From Leptospiraceae bacterium (GTDB taxonomy: Bacteria; Spirochaetota; Leptospiria; Leptospirales; Leptonemataceae): a stretch of 64,000 nt of DNA. The stretch's first letter is position 1; the number at the start of each line of letters is the position of its first letter. The translations under genes were made by a program, and so were the position numbers. Positions 62,754 to 64,000 of the stretch are shown here, one piece after another. Below the pieces are notes generated by a model. The model did not search any database and was not told the origin of the DNA. It saw only the letters and a list, made by a program, of their open reading frames with translations. The stretch lies in NCBI GenBank assembly GCA_040217195.1, contig JAVJNR010000009.1, forward strand, positions 160,001 through 224,000. The letters run 5' to 3'.

Positions 62754-64000
62754 ATGGCAAGGTCCTTATTTCTTCCCCTCACAATCTTTCTGGTAGCGAG
62801 TTGCGCCGGCCTTCAGCAGGTGGAGCAGCCCACGGCGGCAAATCTGAGCTTTCCGGAGGTCCAGTATTACCCATTACCGGATCGGCCGGTGGCCAGTCTG
62901 GCCGAACTGGAGCAGGAACCCGTTACTCTGGCTTATTCCATCGATTTTGAATCCCTGGATTCTCCGGAGCTTCGTCGAATCGTGGAGCAGCGCATCCACG
63001 GATGGCTTCGTAATATTCAGATCCGTGGAGCTGTGCTGCCAACCTTTAGAATTTCAGCCAATGACTCTCCTCCGCAGGGCTATCCCTATACGCTTCGGAT
63101 TCAAATTAAATCCGAGGCAGAAAATGAGTATTCACTGAATGCAAAGATGGAGCATAATCCCTCCGGCCGATCTTACGCCGTATTCAAGCGAAACTTTGGC
63201 CTGGATCCAGGCGGCGATCATGAGGGTCTTGCACTGTTCAGTGGCCTTTCTGCATTCCTGTCCGATGGCACCGGCCCATCCATGTCCTTTCCTGCATCCA
63301 GCGGCGATGAGTTGCGAGACTGGGTCTCTCTTCTGGGAACCGGTCAGGTAAAAGTAATTTCAGGCCAGGAAGCTTCTGTCCAGATCAGGAACAGAAATGG
63401 ACAGTCGGTGCATTCCGGCCAAACGCCTGTTGTGCTGGATCTTCCTGCCGGTGCCTATGAATTTACAATTAAGCGAAAGGGCATGCAGCCTCGCATTAGA
63501 ACATTGATTGTTCGTCCCGCCGCCCAGGATGTGCTACTAATGTCCTGGCCAGACGATGAAAGTGCCAGTTCTCTTTCTGTATTTACGTCTCCTCCCAGAT
63601 TGCAGGTCGCTCTGGAAGGTACGGTGCAGGGGGCTGCTCCGCTGGCTTTTCCTTCATTGATGTCCGGTGAAATCCAGGTAGAGATTGCCCGAAAGGAAGA
63701 GGATTCCGGTGAAGCTTTCGTAATGCGAAAGAGCACAGTATCCATGGGCGAGGGAGAAGACATTACTCGATATTATCCCTTCGATTACTACATTGATTTT
63801 CAAAGAGCGCCGGAAGCCGGAAATCTATGGGCTTCCAATCAGGCATTAAAGGCAGTTCGTAAGGATTCAGATCAGCTGAAGCTGGAAACGGTTCGCAATC
63901 AGGACGGTCTGCCTCCTGGATTGCTTTCTCATCCTCTGGAAGCCATGGATCAGCGAATTCGAATCAGCTTCCTGCCAGGCAAGGACTGGAACTTTGGTCT
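62754..64000 (+). CDS. PEGA-domain lipoprotein, 3' end outside window (absent from ORF track)
   Basis: MARSLFLPLTIFLVASC lipobox; GQTPVVLDLPAGAYEFTIKRKG and VFTSPPRLQVALEGTVQGAAP PEGA-like segments. Confidence 0.75.
   Translation, partial: MARSLFLPLTIFLVASCAGLQQVEQPTAANLSFPEVQYYPLPDRPVASLAELEQEPVTLAYSIDFESLDSPELRRIVEQRIHGWLRNIQIRGAVLPTFRISANDSPPQGYPYTLRIQIKSEAENEYSLNAKMEHNPSGRSYAVFKRNFGLDPGGDHEGLALFSGLSAFLSDGTGPSMSFPASSGDELRDWVSLLGTGQVKVISGQEASVQIRNRNGQSVHSGQTPVVLDLPAGAYEFTIKRKGMQPRIRTLIVRPAAQDVLLMSWPDDESASSLSVFTSPPRLQVALEGTVQGAAPLAFPSLMSGEIQVEIARKEEDSGEAFVMRKSTVSMGEGEDITRYYPFDYYIDFQRAPEAGNLWASNQALKAVRKDSDQLKLETVRNQDGLPPGLLSHPLEAMDQRIRISFLPGKDWNFG

Overview
Bacterial DNA of about 50% GC. Gene content and lipoprotein style suggest a spirochaete of the Leptospiraceae (inference). 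The window appears to span the origin of a secondary replicon (chromid/chromosome II-type). At 40.5-43.4 kb lies a parA-parB-rep cassette, with genes mostly pointing away from it and a change in GC skew visible in spot counts. Three 16-bp parS-like palindromes sit upstream of parA. The parB-rep gap holds a predicted ~59-nt antisense RNA with its own promoter and terminator. A shared operator motif occurs at the rep promoter, the antisense promoter and just upstream of parA. Degenerate iteron-like repeats lie inside rep. rep is translationally coupled to a discoidin protein with phage-fibre-like repeats. This repABC-like control logic, built on a non-RepC initiator, is the most interesting system seen. 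Left of it: a TonB-dependent receptor/Cys-rich lipoprotein/Dsb operon, queA, an M3 peptidase, a sigma54-type ATP-grasp/alpha-E/transglutaminase cluster, dtd, a rhomboid and a SAM-cycle cluster (sahR-ahcY-metH with a perfect SahR operator, plus metF). Right of it: a degenerate sigma54 activator, a ~2.2 kb non-coding region with mirror-symmetric skew and repeats, thrS, a rubrerythrin/Fe-S/DUF3501 operon, an active plus pseudo HtrA pair, a Ca/Na antiporter, mqnD and an MBL hydrolase. No rRNA, tRNA, CRISPR array or transposase was recognised. All calls come from reading the sequence by eye, with no database searches.
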